Shown here in pieces: positions 1-9,922 of a stretch of 64,000 nt of DNA. The position numbers and the translations under genes were made by a program. Numbering within the stretch: the first letter of the stretch is position 1; each line of letters begins with the position of its first letter. The stretch spans positions 3,800-67,799 of the forward strand of contig LGGV01000001.1 in NCBI GenBank assembly GCA_001509095.1, read 5' to 3'. This stretch comes from Synergistales bacterium 58_81 (lineage in GTDB: Bacteria; Synergistota; Synergistia; Synergistales; Thermovirgaceae). Below the pieces are notes generated by a model. The model was not told where the DNA came from. It saw only the letters and a program-made list of their open reading frames with translations, and did not search any database.

Positions 1-633
1 GCCTTGCTCAGGATACTCGAGGGGACTGATGCCAATGTACCCCCCAAGGGAGGCAGAAAGCACCCACACCAGGAGTTCATCCAGGTTAACACCAGGAACA
101 TCCTGTTCATCTGTGGTGGGGCATTTGAGGGACTGGAAGGGGTCATTTCAAGAAGGATGAACAGGAAGGTGATCGGATTCGGGGGCCAGGTGGCCGGTAG
201 CGACAAGAGAGACCGTTACAGGATCCTGAAGGAGGTCCAGCCTGATGACCTTATGACCTTCGGGTTCATCCCGGAGTTTGTAGGAAGGATCCCTGTGACG
301 GCTGCCCTGGAGGGTCTTGATGAAGAGTCCCTTGTCAGGATCCTGACGGAACCCAAGAATGCCCTTGTCAGGCAGTACCAGAAGGCTTTCAGGATGGAGA
401 AGGTTGAGCTGGAGTTCACCCCCGAGGCCCTCAGGAGCATTTCCAGGAAGGCCAGTGAACGCAATACCGGTGCCAGGGCCCTGAGGTCCATCATGGAGTC
501 CATTATGCTTGACCTGATGTATGAGCTCCCCTCAAGGACGGACGGACTCTCCAGGATAGTTGTGACACAGGATATGATCGAAGGCAGGAAGCCTCCGGTC
601 CTTGATTTTGCAAAGGACGGGGAGGTTGCCTAG
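1..633 (+). CDS. clpX: ClpX ATP-dependent protease ATP-binding subunit, C-terminal part (5' end outside window)
   Basis: The ORF is open to the window edge. The translation ([20 protein letters not shown]...[23 protein letters not shown]) matches the ClpX AAA+ C-terminal region. Stop TAG at 631-633. Confidence 0.9.
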   Translation, partial: ALLRILEGTDANVPPKGGRKHPHQEFIQVNTRNILFICGGAFEGLEGVISRRMNRKVIGFGGQVAGSDKRDRYRILKEVQPDDLMTFGFIPEFVGRIPVTAALEGLDEESLVRILTEPKNALVRQYQKAFRMEKVELEFTPEALRSISRKASERNTGARALRSIMESIMLDLMYELPSRTDGLSRIVVTQDMIEGRKPPVLDFAKDGEVA

Positions 634-3012
634 TTGACCAACGCCCAGGGAGAACATGCCAGGAAGATACCCCTCCTGCCGGTTAGGGACCTCGTCCTTT
701 TTCCCGGTGTCATAGTGCCGCTCTTCGTCGGAAGGCCAAGGTCCCTCAAGGCCCTCGAGGAGGCCATGCTTCACGACAAGACAGTTCTTGTGGTTGCCCA
801 GAGAGATATGACCGTGGAGGATCCTGAACCGGAGGATATTTTCGAGACAGGCACCGTCACGACAGTACTGCAGATGTTGAGACTCCCCGACGGAACCACA
901 AAGGTACTGGTAGAGGGCATGTCAAGGGCATCTGTTCTTGATGTGGAGATAGAGCGGGACACTTACTTCGCAAGGGTCGAGACAGTTGAGACTCCCCAGC
1001 CTCAAAAGGGGTCCGAGGTGGAGGCCCTGAGGAGGACACTTCTGGCGCAGTTCGACAGATATGTCACCCTGCACCCCAAGATACCCATGGAGGTACTTAT
1101 GTCGGTGACAGCCGTGGAGGATCCGGGTCAGGTCTCGGACTTGGTGGCTTCCCACCTCACCGTTCGGATCCAGGAGAGACAGCAGCTCCTTGAGACCTGG
1201 GATGTACCCAAGCGTCTTGAGATGATCATCAGGATCCTTCTGAGGGAGATCGAACTTCTCGAGATGGAAAGGTCCATCCACGACAGGGTCAGGCAGGAGC
1301 TTGAAAAGGGACAGAAAGAGTACTACCTGAGGGAGCAGCTGAAAGTTATCCAGGATGAACTGGGGCAGGGGGACGAGTTTTCCGAGATAGACAACATCAG
1401 GGAGGCTATCAGCCGGTCAAGGATGCCTGAAGAGGTGAGAAAGAAGGCCCTCCACGAACTGGACCGCCTTGCAAAGATGCCCTCCATGTCTGCCGAAGCA
1501 ACTGTGGTCAGGACCTACCTCGACTGGATGACCAACCTCCCCTGGGGCAAGAGGACCAGGGAGAGGATGGACGTTTCCCTAGCGGAAAAGGTCCTGAATG
1601 AAGACCACTACGCCCTTGAGGAAGCTAAGGAAAGGATCCTGGAGTATCTGGCCGTCAGAAAGCATGCAAGGGGCAGACTGAAAGGCCAGGTGCTTTGTTT
1701 TGCCGGACCACCGGGGGTAGGGAAGACCTCCCTGGGGCGATCCATAGCCAGGGCGACGGGCAGAAAGTTCGTCAACATGTCTTTGGGCGGTATCAGGGAT
1801 GAGGCTGAGATCCGTGGTCACAGGAGGACCTATATAGGAGCGCTGCCGGGGAGAATAATCCAGAAGCTCAGGCAGGCCGGTACGTGCAACCCCGTCATGC
1901 TCCTTGACGAGATCGACAAGATAGGCCTCGACTTCCGGGGGGACCCTGCTGCAGCACTTCTGGAAGTACTGGACCCGGAGCAGAACAACGCCTTTACGGA
2001 CCACTTCCTGGAGGTTCCCTTCGACCTTGGGAACGTCCTCTTCATCACCACGGCCAATACTACCCATACTATCCCCAGGCCCCTGTTGGACCGTATGGAG
2101 GTCATCCGACTTCCAGGTTACGTTACGGAGGAAAAGCAACAGATAGCCAGGAAACACCTTATACCCAAGGTCCTCTACGAACATGGCCTCAAGGAGGGGC
2201 AGATCACTTTCACACCAGCCTCTGTCAGAAAGATCATTTCCGAGTATACGCGAGAGGCAGGAGTAAGGGAGCTCGAAAGACAGATCTCCAAAATTGCCAG
2301 AAAGATCACCCGCAAGATCGTCGAATCGGAAGAGACGTCCCGCGGGTCAAGAGGAAAGAAGAAGATCTTCAGGGTTACTCCCTCAGATCTTGTTTCTTAT
2401 CTGGGGGTACCCCGACATGCCGGAGGGGTGCATCTTCCGGCATCGAATCAGATCGGTGCCTCCATTGGGCTTGCCTGGACCGAGACGGGCGGGGACATTC
2501 TTGTCATTGAAAGCGTACGAATCCCGGGGAAGGGCAGCATAGTCCTGACAGGGAACCTTGGGGAGATCATGCAGGAGTCCGGACAGACTGCGCTGGGTTA
2601 CCTGAAGGCCCACTGTGAGGAACTGGGAATCTCCTCCATCGATTGGGACAAGACCGATATTCATGTTCACGTGCCGGAAGGGGCCATACCAAAGGATGGC
2701 CCTTCGGCGGGTATCACCCTGGCCGTTTCGATCTACTCGGCTCTTTCGGGGAGACTCGTTCGCAACGACGTCGCAATGACCGGAGAGGTCACATTGAGGG
2801 GCGACGTTCTGCCCGTCGGCGGAATAAGGGAGAAGGTCCTTGCCGCCAAAAGGTACGGGATCAGGACCGTTATCCTTCCAGAGGGCAACCGTCTCGAGGC
2901 GGGGGAGATGCCCAAGTGGGTCTTGAGGGGACTGGACCTCGTGTTTGTGAGCGGACTGAAAGATGTATTCCAGCATTCCATGACAAAAGAGGGGGATAAT
3001 GGGAAGCGCTAG
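634..3012 (+). CDS. lon: Lon protease (LonA type)
   Basis: 792 aa. Has the N-terminal LON domain (IPLLPVRDLVLFPGVIVPLFVGR), Walker A GPPGVGKTS and the protease motif PKDGPSAGIT. The TTG start sits directly after the clpX stop with GGGGAGG 8 nt upstream. Confidence 0.95.
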   Translation: MTNAQGEHARKIPLLPVRDLVLFPGVIVPLFVGRPRSLKALEEAMLHDKTVLVVAQRDMTVEDPEPEDIFETGTVTTVLQMLRLPDGTTKVLVEGMSRASVLDVEIERDTYFARVETVETPQPQKGSEVEALRRTLLAQFDRYVTLHPKIPMEVLMSVTAVEDPGQVSDLVASHLTVRIQERQQLLETWDVPKRLEMIIRILLREIELLEMERSIHDRVRQELEKGQKEYYLREQLKVIQDELGQGDEFSEIDNIREAISRSRMPEEVRKKALHELDRLAKMPSMSAEATVVRTYLDWMTNLPWGKRTRERMDVSLAEKVLNEDHYALEEAKERILEYLAVRKHARGRLKGQVLCFAGPPGVGKTSLGRSIARATGRKFVNMSLGGIRDEAEIRGHRRTYIGALPGRIIQKLRQAGTCNPVMLLDEIDKIGLDFRGDPAAALLEVLDPEQNNAFTDHFLEVPFDLGNVLFITTANTTHTIPRPLLDRMEVIRLPGYVTEEKQQIARKHLIPKVLYEHGLKEGQITFTPASVRKIISEYTREAGVRELERQISKIARKITRKIVESEETSRGSRGKKKIFRVTPSDLVSYLGVPRHAGGVHLPASNQIGASIGLAWTETGGDILVIESVRIPGKGSIVLTGNLGEIMQESGQTALGYLKAHCEELGISSIDWDKTDIHVHVPEGAIPKDGPSAGITLAVSIYSALSGRLVRNDVAMTGEVTLRGDVLPVGGIREKVLAAKRYGIRTVILPEGNRLEAGEMPKWVLRGLDLVFVSGLKDVFQHSMTKEGDNGKR

Positions 3013-3625
3013 AGGAAAGAGATGGGAGGCTTCCCTTGCCGCGACCTGTTTCTCCAGGGACCAGTTCCCACCTTCCATTGGACCGGAGATCGCCTTCGCC
3101 GGCAGGTCGAACGTAGGGAAATCCACCTTCATCAACGGTCTGATCCGGATCCCCCTGGCCCATGTAAGTTCCACTCCTGGCAAGACCAGAAGCATCAACT
3201 TTTACCGGGTCTATCACGGAGAGGGATTCTGTCTCGTCGACCTTCCCGGTTTTGGTTTTGCCAACAGGGCACGTTCCGAGAGAGAGTCCTGGGCGAAGCT
3301 TATAGAGAAGTACATAAGCCGGAGAGAGGATCTGGCCCTTCTTGTCCACCTTGTTGATTTCAGGCATGGTTTGCTTGAAAACGACAGGAAGCTCCAGGAA
3401 TGGGCCACTGAACACAGCGTCCCTGTCCAGGTGGTGTTCACAAAGATAGACAAGATACCCAGGGGAAGATGGTCATCCTTCCTGAGAAGCTACAGTATCC
3501 CCCCCCTATCCACCGTGACCGAACCCTTCCTCGTTTCCATGGAGAAGGGATGGGGAGCCGGGGACTTCACTCTGTTCCTGGAGACTTACCTTAACAGGGT
3601 CTGGATGGATCAGCGGAAAGGGTAA
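2999..3625 (+). CDS. engB: Ribosome biogenesis GTPase EngB/YsxC
   Basis: 208 aa with PEIAFAGRSNVGKSTFINGL (G1), DLPGFGF (G3) and FTKIDK (G4). Overlaps the lon 3' end by 14 nt. Confidence 0.9.
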   Translation: MGSARGKRWEASLAATCFSRDQFPPSIGPEIAFAGRSNVGKSTFINGLIRIPLAHVSSTPGKTRSINFYRVYHGEGFCLVDLPGFGFANRARSERESWAKLIEKYISRREDLALLVHLVDFRHGLLENDRKLQEWATEHSVPVQVVFTKIDKIPRGRWSSFLRSYSIPPLSTVTEPFLVSMEKGWGAGDFTLFLETYLNRVWMDQRKG

Positions 3626-3687
3626 CTGCCCAGGCAGTGAAGGACAAGGCCGCGCACAAACACCGGAAAGGTCAAGGAGGCATAATC

Positions 3688-6369
3688 ATGGCATCATCTA
3701 AAAGAACGCTGGGCAAGACCTATGATCCGGCCCCCATTGAGGGCAAATGGTACCGCTGCTGGAACGAGAGAGGAATGTTCAGGGGGCTTGTGGACAGTAA
3801 AAAGCCCCATTTCAGCGTGGTCATTCCCCCCCCGAACGTGACGGGGTCTCTTCACATGGGGCACGCCCTCAACAATACCCTACAAGACATATCATGCCGT
3901 TTCATGAGGATGTGTGGTTTCAACGTCCTCTGGCTTCCGGGGACCGACCATGCCGGAATAGCTACCCAGAACGTTGTCGAAAAGCATCTTTCCTCCCAGG
4001 GTATTTCAAGACATGACCTGGGCAGGGAGAGGTTCGTGGAAAAGATCTGGGAATGGAAGAAGGAATACGGGGACAGGATCATAAACCAGCTAAAACGACT
4101 GGGAGCCTCCTGCGACTGGGAGAGGGAGCGCTTCACCATGGATGAGGGACTCTCAAGGGCCGTAAGGGCTGTTTTTGTAAGGCTCTATAAGGAAGGTCTC
4201 ATATACAGGGGAAACTACATCGTGAACTGGTGCCCCAGGTGCCTGACAGCCCTCTCCGACCTCGAGGTGGATCACAGGGATGAGATGGGCGTCCTTTACC
4301 ATGTCAGGTACCCCTTCGTGGAGGGCGACGGTCATATAGTCGTCGCTACCACGAGGCCCGAGACCATTCTGGGCGACGTAGCGGTGGCAGTCCACCCGCG
4401 GGATGAAAAGAACCGTGCTTTGGTGGGAAGGAAGGTACGGGTCCCTGTCGCCGGAAGGGTAGTGCCCGTGATCGAGGACATGATGGTGGACCCCGGTTTC
4501 GGGACGGGCCTCGTCAAGATCACCCCGGCCCACGACCCCAACGACTTCCTCGTAGGACAGAGACACGGCCTGGAAGCGATCCAGGTCATAGATGAGCATG
4601 GTGCCATGAACGGGGAAGCAGGCCCCAACTTCGATGGCATGGACAGGATCGAGGCCAGAAAGAAGATGCTCTCCCTTCTGGAGGAGGAGGGACTTCTTGA
4701 GAAAACCGAGGATCACGAACATGCGATAGGTCACTGCTACCGGTGCAGCACCGTGATCGAGCCCTACCTGTCAGAGCAGTGGTTCGTAAAGGCGGCCCCT
4801 CTCGCCGCCCCGGGGATAGAAGCTGTTCGTGAAGGAAGGATCAGGATAATCCCCGATCAATGGGTCGGAACGTACAACAACTGGATGGAAAACATCAGGG
4901 ACTGGTGCATATCAAGACAGCTCTGGTGGGGCCACAGGATACCGGCATGGACCTGTGATGACTGCCGCCACGTTACCGTTTCCGAGGAAGATCCGGACAG
5001 ATGCGAGTCCTGCGGCAGCACCAGGATCGTACAGGACGAGGATGTCCTTGATACCTGGTTCAGCAGTGCTCTTTGGCCCTTTTCGACCCTCGGCTGGCCC
5101 GATGACACCAGGGACCTGAAGACCTTTTACCCCACAAGCCTCCTCGTGACCGGTTTTGATATCCTCTTCTTCTGGGTGGCAAGGATGATCATGATGGGGC
5201 TAAAGTTCATGGGAGAGGAGCCTTTCAGCGATGTCTACATCCATGCTCTGGTCAGGGATGAACAGGGACAGAAGATGAGTAAATCCAAGGGCAATGTCAT
5301 CGATCCGCTAGAGATAATCGAAGAGTACGGGGCTGATTCCCTCAGGATGACCCTGGCAAGCCTCACGGTCCAGGGGAGGGATATATTCCTCAGCCCTGAA
5401 AGGATCGAAAGCAGCAGACTCTTCATGAACAAGGTTTGGAATGCCAGCAAGCTGGCCCTTGGGAACCTTGATGGGCAGGAAATGACGGATCTTCCGGGCT
5501 CCGATTCGCTAAGACAACATGACAGATGGATCATAAGGAGGGTTAACGAGGTCAACGAACAGGTCAGGGATCACCTGAAGGGATATTTTTACGGGGAAGC
5601 AGCCAGAACCCTCTACCAGTTCGTGTGGAACGAACTTTGCGACTGGTACCTCGAAATGGCCAAACCGGCCCTGAGAGGAGAGGAGGGGAACAAAAGGCAG
5701 ACAGACACCAGGATCGTTCTGGGACGGGTCTTCGACAGCACTTTAAGGATGCTTCACCCCTTCATCCCATTCCTGACGGAGGAACTCTGGGAGACCTTCG
5801 GGTTCGGTAACGGGTCCCTGATAGAGGAGCAGGGCTGGCCCGAACTTATTCCGCTGGGAGCCCCGCCGGCCCTGGATGGGTTCGAACCGATGGAGGTATT
5901 TCAGGAGCTGGTGAGGAGCATCCGCAACCTGAGGGCCGAAGCCAGGCTTCACCCGCAGCAGGAAGTCCCCGAGGTTGTCCTGTCCCTTTCCGACAGTGCA
6001 GTAAAAGGAGTGGGGGAGATGATAGACTCCAACTCCGATCTTGTGAGCCTTCTCTGCCGAGTGGGGGAGATCAGGTTCATGGAGAAGGGCTCGCCGCGGC
6101 CGTCGGGATCACTGATGTCCGTAACGGACTTCGGGGAGGTATTTCTTGTGGTCGGCCAGATCCTTGATATAAAGGCCGAAATGGCTCGGCTCTCGACGGA
6201 ACTGGAGAAAGCTCGCAGAGACCTTGCCAGGTCGGAGAAGAAGCTTGCCGATCCCTCCTTCCTCTCCCGGGCTCCCGGTGAGATCGTAGAACAGGAGAGG
6301 GAGAGACTCTCCCAGACAGAGGACAAGATCAAGGTTATAGAAAGAAACTTGAAGAGCCTTGCAGGATAG
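3688..6369 (+). CDS. valS: Valyl-tRNA synthetase
   Basis: Class I aaRS motifs PNVTGSLHMGHA and KMSKSKGN, plus a C-terminal coiled coil. ATG 3688 lies 7 nt after AAGGAGG. The ORF-track start at 3637 is upstream read-through. Confidence 0.95.
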   Translation: MASSKRTLGKTYDPAPIEGKWYRCWNERGMFRGLVDSKKPHFSVVIPPPNVTGSLHMGHALNNTLQDISCRFMRMCGFNVLWLPGTDHAGIATQNVVEKHLSSQGISRHDLGRERFVEKIWEWKKEYGDRIINQLKRLGASCDWERERFTMDEGLSRAVRAVFVRLYKEGLIYRGNYIVNWCPRCLTALSDLEVDHRDEMGVLYHVRYPFVEGDGHIVVATTRPETILGDVAVAVHPRDEKNRALVGRKVRVPVAGRVVPVIEDMMVDPGFGTGLVKITPAHDPNDFLVGQRHGLEAIQVIDEHGAMNGEAGPNFDGMDRIEARKKMLSLLEEEGLLEKTEDHEHAIGHCYRCSTVIEPYLSEQWFVKAAPLAAPGIEAVREGRIRIIPDQWVGTYNNWMENIRDWCISRQLWWGHRIPAWTCDDCRHVTVSEEDPDRCESCGSTRIVQDEDVLDTWFSSALWPFSTLGWPDDTRDLKTFYPTSLLVTGFDILFFWVARMIMMGLKFMGEEPFSDVYIHALVRDEQGQKMSKSKGNVIDPLEIIEEYGADSLRMTLASLTVQGRDIFLSPERIESSRLFMNKVWNASKLALGNLDGQEMTDLPGSDSLRQHDRWIIRRVNEVNEQVRDHLKGYFYGEAARTLYQFVWNELCDWYLEMAKPALRGEEGNKRQTDTRIVLGRVFDSTLRMLHPFIPFLTEELWETFGFGNGSLIEEQGWPELIPLGAPPALDGFEPMEVFQELVRSIRNLRAEARLHPQQEVPEVVLSLSDSAVKGVGEMIDSNSDLVSLLCRVGEIRFMEKGSPRPSGSLMSVTDFGEVFLVVGQILDIKAEMARLSTELEKARRDLARSEKKLADPSFLSRAPGEIVEQERERLSQTEDKIKVIERNLKSLAG

Positions 6370-6379
6370 CTGATCTGCC

Positions 6380-7702
6380 ATGAAAGGGACGATCTACGGG
6401 ACGTTGGACCCTGTCGAGAGCCTGCTCCATGAGATGTCGACCCCCTATGTTAGGCCGGGACTGTCGAGGATAGCCGCATTACTGGGCAAAATGGGTCATC
6501 CCGAGAGGTCATTCCCGGTCATCCACGTTGTGGGGACCAACGGAAAGGGTTCCGTTTCCGCGATGATCGAGGCCATTTTCCTTGATGCAGGCTATTCGAC
6601 CTGTCTCTACACAAGCCCGCATCTTTCGGATATAACGGAAAGGCTGAGGCTCTCGGGTACCCCGATCGACCGAGAGGTTCTTACCGCCTCTCTCAAAAGG
6701 ATCGGTTTGCTCCTAGGAGGGGTGGATCCTGGATCCAGGCCCACTTACTTTGAAGTCCTGACGGCGGCCGCCTTTGACGTGATCGCCGCTTACTCCCCGG
6801 ACGTCGCCGTCATCGAGGCGGGAATGGGGGGGAGGCTGGACGCCACGAACATGGCCAGGAACGTTGTCCTTACGGTCATCACCGCCATAGGTTCAGACCA
6901 CGCCCATTTCCTCGGCGGTACCCTTGAAGAGATAGCCATGGAAAAATTCAGGGTCCTCCGTCCCGGCGGCGTTAGCGTCTTCTCCGGAAGGCCTTTCTGT
7001 CTTGAAGGGACATATCTGGAACTTTGTCGAAGGATCGGCAACGGCGGGGAGACCCTGCGTTCGGTGAAGATCAGCGACCCCACGATAGCCTTGGAGGGTA
7101 ACACTTTCGATATATCCATCAGGGGTGCGGACCCTTTCCCCGTCAGGACATCCCTCGGGGGGACCTTTCAGGTGGAGAACGCAGCCCTGGCTCTTCTGGC
7201 GACCGAGAGGCTTTCCTCTCTGTACCCTCGTATCGATCAAAAAGCAATGATCGGTGGTCTGAAAAAGACCCGCTGGAGTGGCAGGCTTGAAAGGATCGAT
7301 CACCATGGCCGGGAGATCGTCCTTGACGGAGCCCATAATCCTGAGGGGGTAAAGGCCCTGGTGGAGACCTTCAATATCATGGGAACCGCCGAAGATCATG
7401 CCGTTGTCTTTGCGGCCATGAAAGACAAGGACCTTGGAGAGATGGTCTCCCGGATCTGCAGTGCCTTCCCCATGGTGGTCTTTACCTCCGTACCGGGTAT
7501 GGAGAGATCAGCTTGCCCTGATTCTCTGCAGGAGATATCAAGGTCCTTTCCCGGAAAGTGTGAGAGCTTTTCCGTTAAGGACCCCATGGACGCACTCCAT
7601 GTGGCCTTCCGCCGCTACGGGAAGGTCGTCGTCTGCGGAAGCCTCTATCTTTCGGGATATCTGAAAAGGTTCCTGTCCCCCGACAGGCAAGGAGGCATTT
7701 GA
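6380..7702 (+). CDS. folC: Folylpolyglutamate synthase / dihydrofolate synthase
   Basis: 440 aa. Mur-ligase-type P-loop VVGTNGKGS, and DGAHNPEG in the C-terminal domain. Confidence 0.85.
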   Translation: MKGTIYGTLDPVESLLHEMSTPYVRPGLSRIAALLGKMGHPERSFPVIHVVGTNGKGSVSAMIEAIFLDAGYSTCLYTSPHLSDITERLRLSGTPIDREVLTASLKRIGLLLGGVDPGSRPTYFEVLTAAAFDVIAAYSPDVAVIEAGMGGRLDATNMARNVVLTVITAIGSDHAHFLGGTLEEIAMEKFRVLRPGGVSVFSGRPFCLEGTYLELCRRIGNGGETLRSVKISDPTIALEGNTFDISIRGADPFPVRTSLGGTFQVENAALALLATERLSSLYPRIDQKAMIGGLKKTRWSGRLERIDHHGREIVLDGAHNPEGVKALVETFNIMGTAEDHAVVFAAMKDKDLGEMVSRICSAFPMVVFTSVPGMERSACPDSLQEISRSFPGKCESFSVKDPMDALHVAFRRYGKVVVCGSLYLSGYLKRFLSPDRQGGI

Positions 7703-8523
7703 TGCAGGCTATATCACCCTGGGGGTGGAGAAAGACCTCCGTTGAAGGCCAGCAGATCATCAATTACGTAATGACTCCACAGTTAGATGCCATTATGACA
7801 GTAACTCTCTTTCTCAGGGGGCCCGTAATGGATGAGGCTGACGGCTGCCCTTTACGAGCCTTTCGGCTACTTTTCGGTGAAGAACGGCCGCCTTTGCTTG
7901 CAGCCCCGGTCCAGGAGCACGGAACCAGAATGATAGAAGCACTCCCCTCTACATCGCTGCCTGCCAGACCTAAAGGCGACGCCCTTCTCCTGAGAAGGAC
8001 CGATGTGCTCGGAAGCCTCCGGTTCGCCGACTGTATCCCCGTCGTGGCTGTTGCGGAGGAGCAGGACCCATGGGTCTTCCTTGTACACTCCGGTTTCCTG
8101 GGAACAGCCAAGGGGGTTGTTCGGGAAGCTCTGAAGAAAGCCATGAAGACCACCGGCCTGAGATGCCTGGATAGCGTCCATTTCTGGGTAGGACCCGGAA
8201 TAGGTAGCTGCTGCTATTCAAGAAGGCTGGACGATCCCCGGACCCGGGAAGGATTGGAGCTTTTCCCACGGCAGTGCATCAGGGTCGACGGGGACCTTGT
8301 CTTTTTTGATCTTCCCAGTGCGATACTTATAACTTTATATGACATGAATGTTTCCTCTTCCAACGTGGTCCTTATCGACCGCTGTACCAGTTGTTCATCG
8401 GAGAGCTTCTACTCCTACCGAGGTGGCGACAGGACAGGAAGATCACTTCTTCTTGCCGGTTTTCGCGAAGGATTCCACAAATCTGATCTTTGGTGGGAGA
8501 ATGGGTTTGAAGGGGTAGAGTAG
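7702..8523 (+). CDS. pgeF: YfiH/PgeF family (DUF152) purine nucleoside phosphorylase / peptidoglycan editing factor
   Basis: Motifs FADCIPVV, VHSGFLGT and CTSCSSESFYSYRG. ATG 7702 lies 6 nt after GGAGG and overlaps the folC stop. Confidence 0.8.
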   Translation: MQAISPWGWRKTSVEGQQIINYVMTPQLDAIMTVTLFLRGPVMDEADGCPLRAFRLLFGEERPPLLAAPVQEHGTRMIEALPSTSLPARPKGDALLLRRTDVLGSLRFADCIPVVAVAEEQDPWVFLVHSGFLGTAKGVVREALKKAMKTTGLRCLDSVHFWVGPGIGSCCYSRRLDDPRTREGLELFPRQCIRVDGDLVFFDLPSAILITLYDMNVSSSNVVLIDRCTSCSSESFYSYRGGDRTGRSLLLAGFREGFHKSDLWWENGFEGVE

Positions 8524-8555
8524 ATCGAAGACCATACCCAGTGGAAGGTGATTGA

Positions 8556-9527
8556 ATGGACCCTGTAAGAGTAGGGGTGATCGGTGTAGGGCATCTTGGG
8601 TTTCACCATGCCAGGGTCTATACGGAACTCCTGAATACGGATGTCGTGGGAATAGTCGACACCAATCCGGAGAGGGCAGCCGCCGTGGGTGAACTGCTGA
8701 GGGTCCCCTTCTATTCCGATATCGAGAAGTTCTACAGGCATGCCAGGCCCGATGCTGTCAGCGTGGTGGTTCCCACGGTCCATCACTACGAGACGGCAAA
8801 GAGAGCTCTCGGTTCAGGCGTGAATGTTCTTATCGAGAAACCTGTCACTTCCACCGTTGAAGAAGCTGAAGAGCTTCTTCAATTGGCCGCCACCCAGAAC
8901 CTTGTTCTCCAGGTAGGACATATTGAACGCTTCAATAGCGCTGTCCAGCATGTAAGGAACATAATCAAGGATCCTCTCTTCCTCCAGTCAAAGAGAATCG
9001 GGCCCTTCAGCTCCCGGATAAGTGACGTGGGCGTAGTGCTTGACCTCATGATCCACGACATTGATATCATCCTCTCCCTGGTACATTCGGAGATATCGTC
9101 CATTTCGGCCATGGGAAGGTCGGTAAGGTCCAATCTCGAGGATATCGCCACCGCTCAGATAGCCTTCCAGAACGGAACCCTGGCGCAGATACTCGTCAGC
9201 CGAGTCTCCGAAAGAAGGCTGAGGCAGCTGGAGATAATGGAACCGGAGAGATTCGTCACCATCAACTACGAAACCCAGGACGTATCGATCCATCGCTGCG
9301 TTCAGGAGAAGGAGTGCGGGCTCGTGGAGGTTATCGAGCACCCCGTCTTCCCGAAGAGGGAGCCTCTTAAACTGGAGCTTCAGCACTTTGTCACCTGCGT
9401 CAGGGAGGGCAAACAGCCCCTGGTTGGTATCATGGACGGGAAGAGGGCCCTGGAGGTGGCAATAGCCATTCTCAAGCAGATCCAGGCCCCTGGCAGGGCG
9501 GCAGAAAGCCCGGCCGAAATTGCCTAG
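8556..9527 (+). CDS. Gfo/Idh/MocA family NAD(P)-dependent oxidoreductase
   Basis: N-terminal Rossmann motif VRVGVIGVGHLGFHHARVY, and EKP in VLIEKPV. 323 aa. The substrate cannot be inferred. Confidence 0.8.
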   Translation: MDPVRVGVIGVGHLGFHHARVYTELLNTDVVGIVDTNPERAAAVGELLRVPFYSDIEKFYRHARPDAVSVVVPTVHHYETAKRALGSGVNVLIEKPVTSTVEEAEELLQLAATQNLVLQVGHIERFNSAVQHVRNIIKDPLFLQSKRIGPFSSRISDVGVVLDLMIHDIDIILSLVHSEISSISAMGRSVRSNLEDIATAQIAFQNGTLAQILVSRVSERRLRQLEIMEPERFVTINYETQDVSIHRCVQEKECGLVEVIEHPVFPKREPLKLELQHFVTCVREGKQPLVGIMDGKRALEVAIAILKQIQAPGRAAESPAEIA

Positions 9528-9548
9528 GTCCCGGAACTCCCTTGATAT

Positions 9549-9575
9549 AAAAGCCGCCGAAAGGCGGCTTTTTTG
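9549..9575 (+). terminator. Rho-independent terminator
   Basis: The stem AGCCGCC (9552-9558) pairs with GGCGGCT (9563-9569) around a GAAA loop, flanked by an A-tract and followed by TTTTTT. Confidence 0.8.
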
Positions 9576-9662
9576 ATGCACGGACCACGGGAGGCGCTCG
9601 GCATCTTTTGCTGTTAAAATACAAAGCCGGAGAGTGGTCCATTCGATATATGGGGGTAAAAA

Positions 9663-9875
9663 ATGTCCTCGGTAAATGTTCAGGCGCTGGTGGCTCTCTT
9701 TCTTTTCATTCTTTGTCTCGTCCTTTCCAGGATGATAGTGAACATATCCTCCGGGAAGTGGCCTGGCGGAGCCCTTTGGGTCACCTATCTGAGGGTCCTT
9801 CTGGGCTTCCTCTTCGCCGCCGCAATCACCCTGGGAATGTACTCCTTCGCCGGGATAGATTTCCTGAACAGGTAG
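9663..9875 (+). CDS. Small hypothetical membrane protein (two predicted TM helices)
   Basis: 70 aa with two hydrophobic stretches (ALVALFLFILCLVLS and VLLGFLFAAAITLGMYSF). ATG follows GGGGGT by 5 nt. It lies after the terminator and just upstream of meaB. Confidence 0.5.
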   Translation: MSSVNVQALVALFLFILCLVLSRMIVNISSGKWPGGALWVTYLRVLLGFLFAAAITLGMYSFAGIDFLNR

Positions 9876-9922
9876 AACCCCCTTGCGGGTCCACATCACC
9901 TTTCGAAAGGATTGTTGAGATA

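Noticed and set aside
3626-3687. A T-box leader upstream of valS.
   Set aside because: The gap between engB and the valS ATG is only about 60 nt, far too short for a T-box riboswitch. It contains just an RBS.
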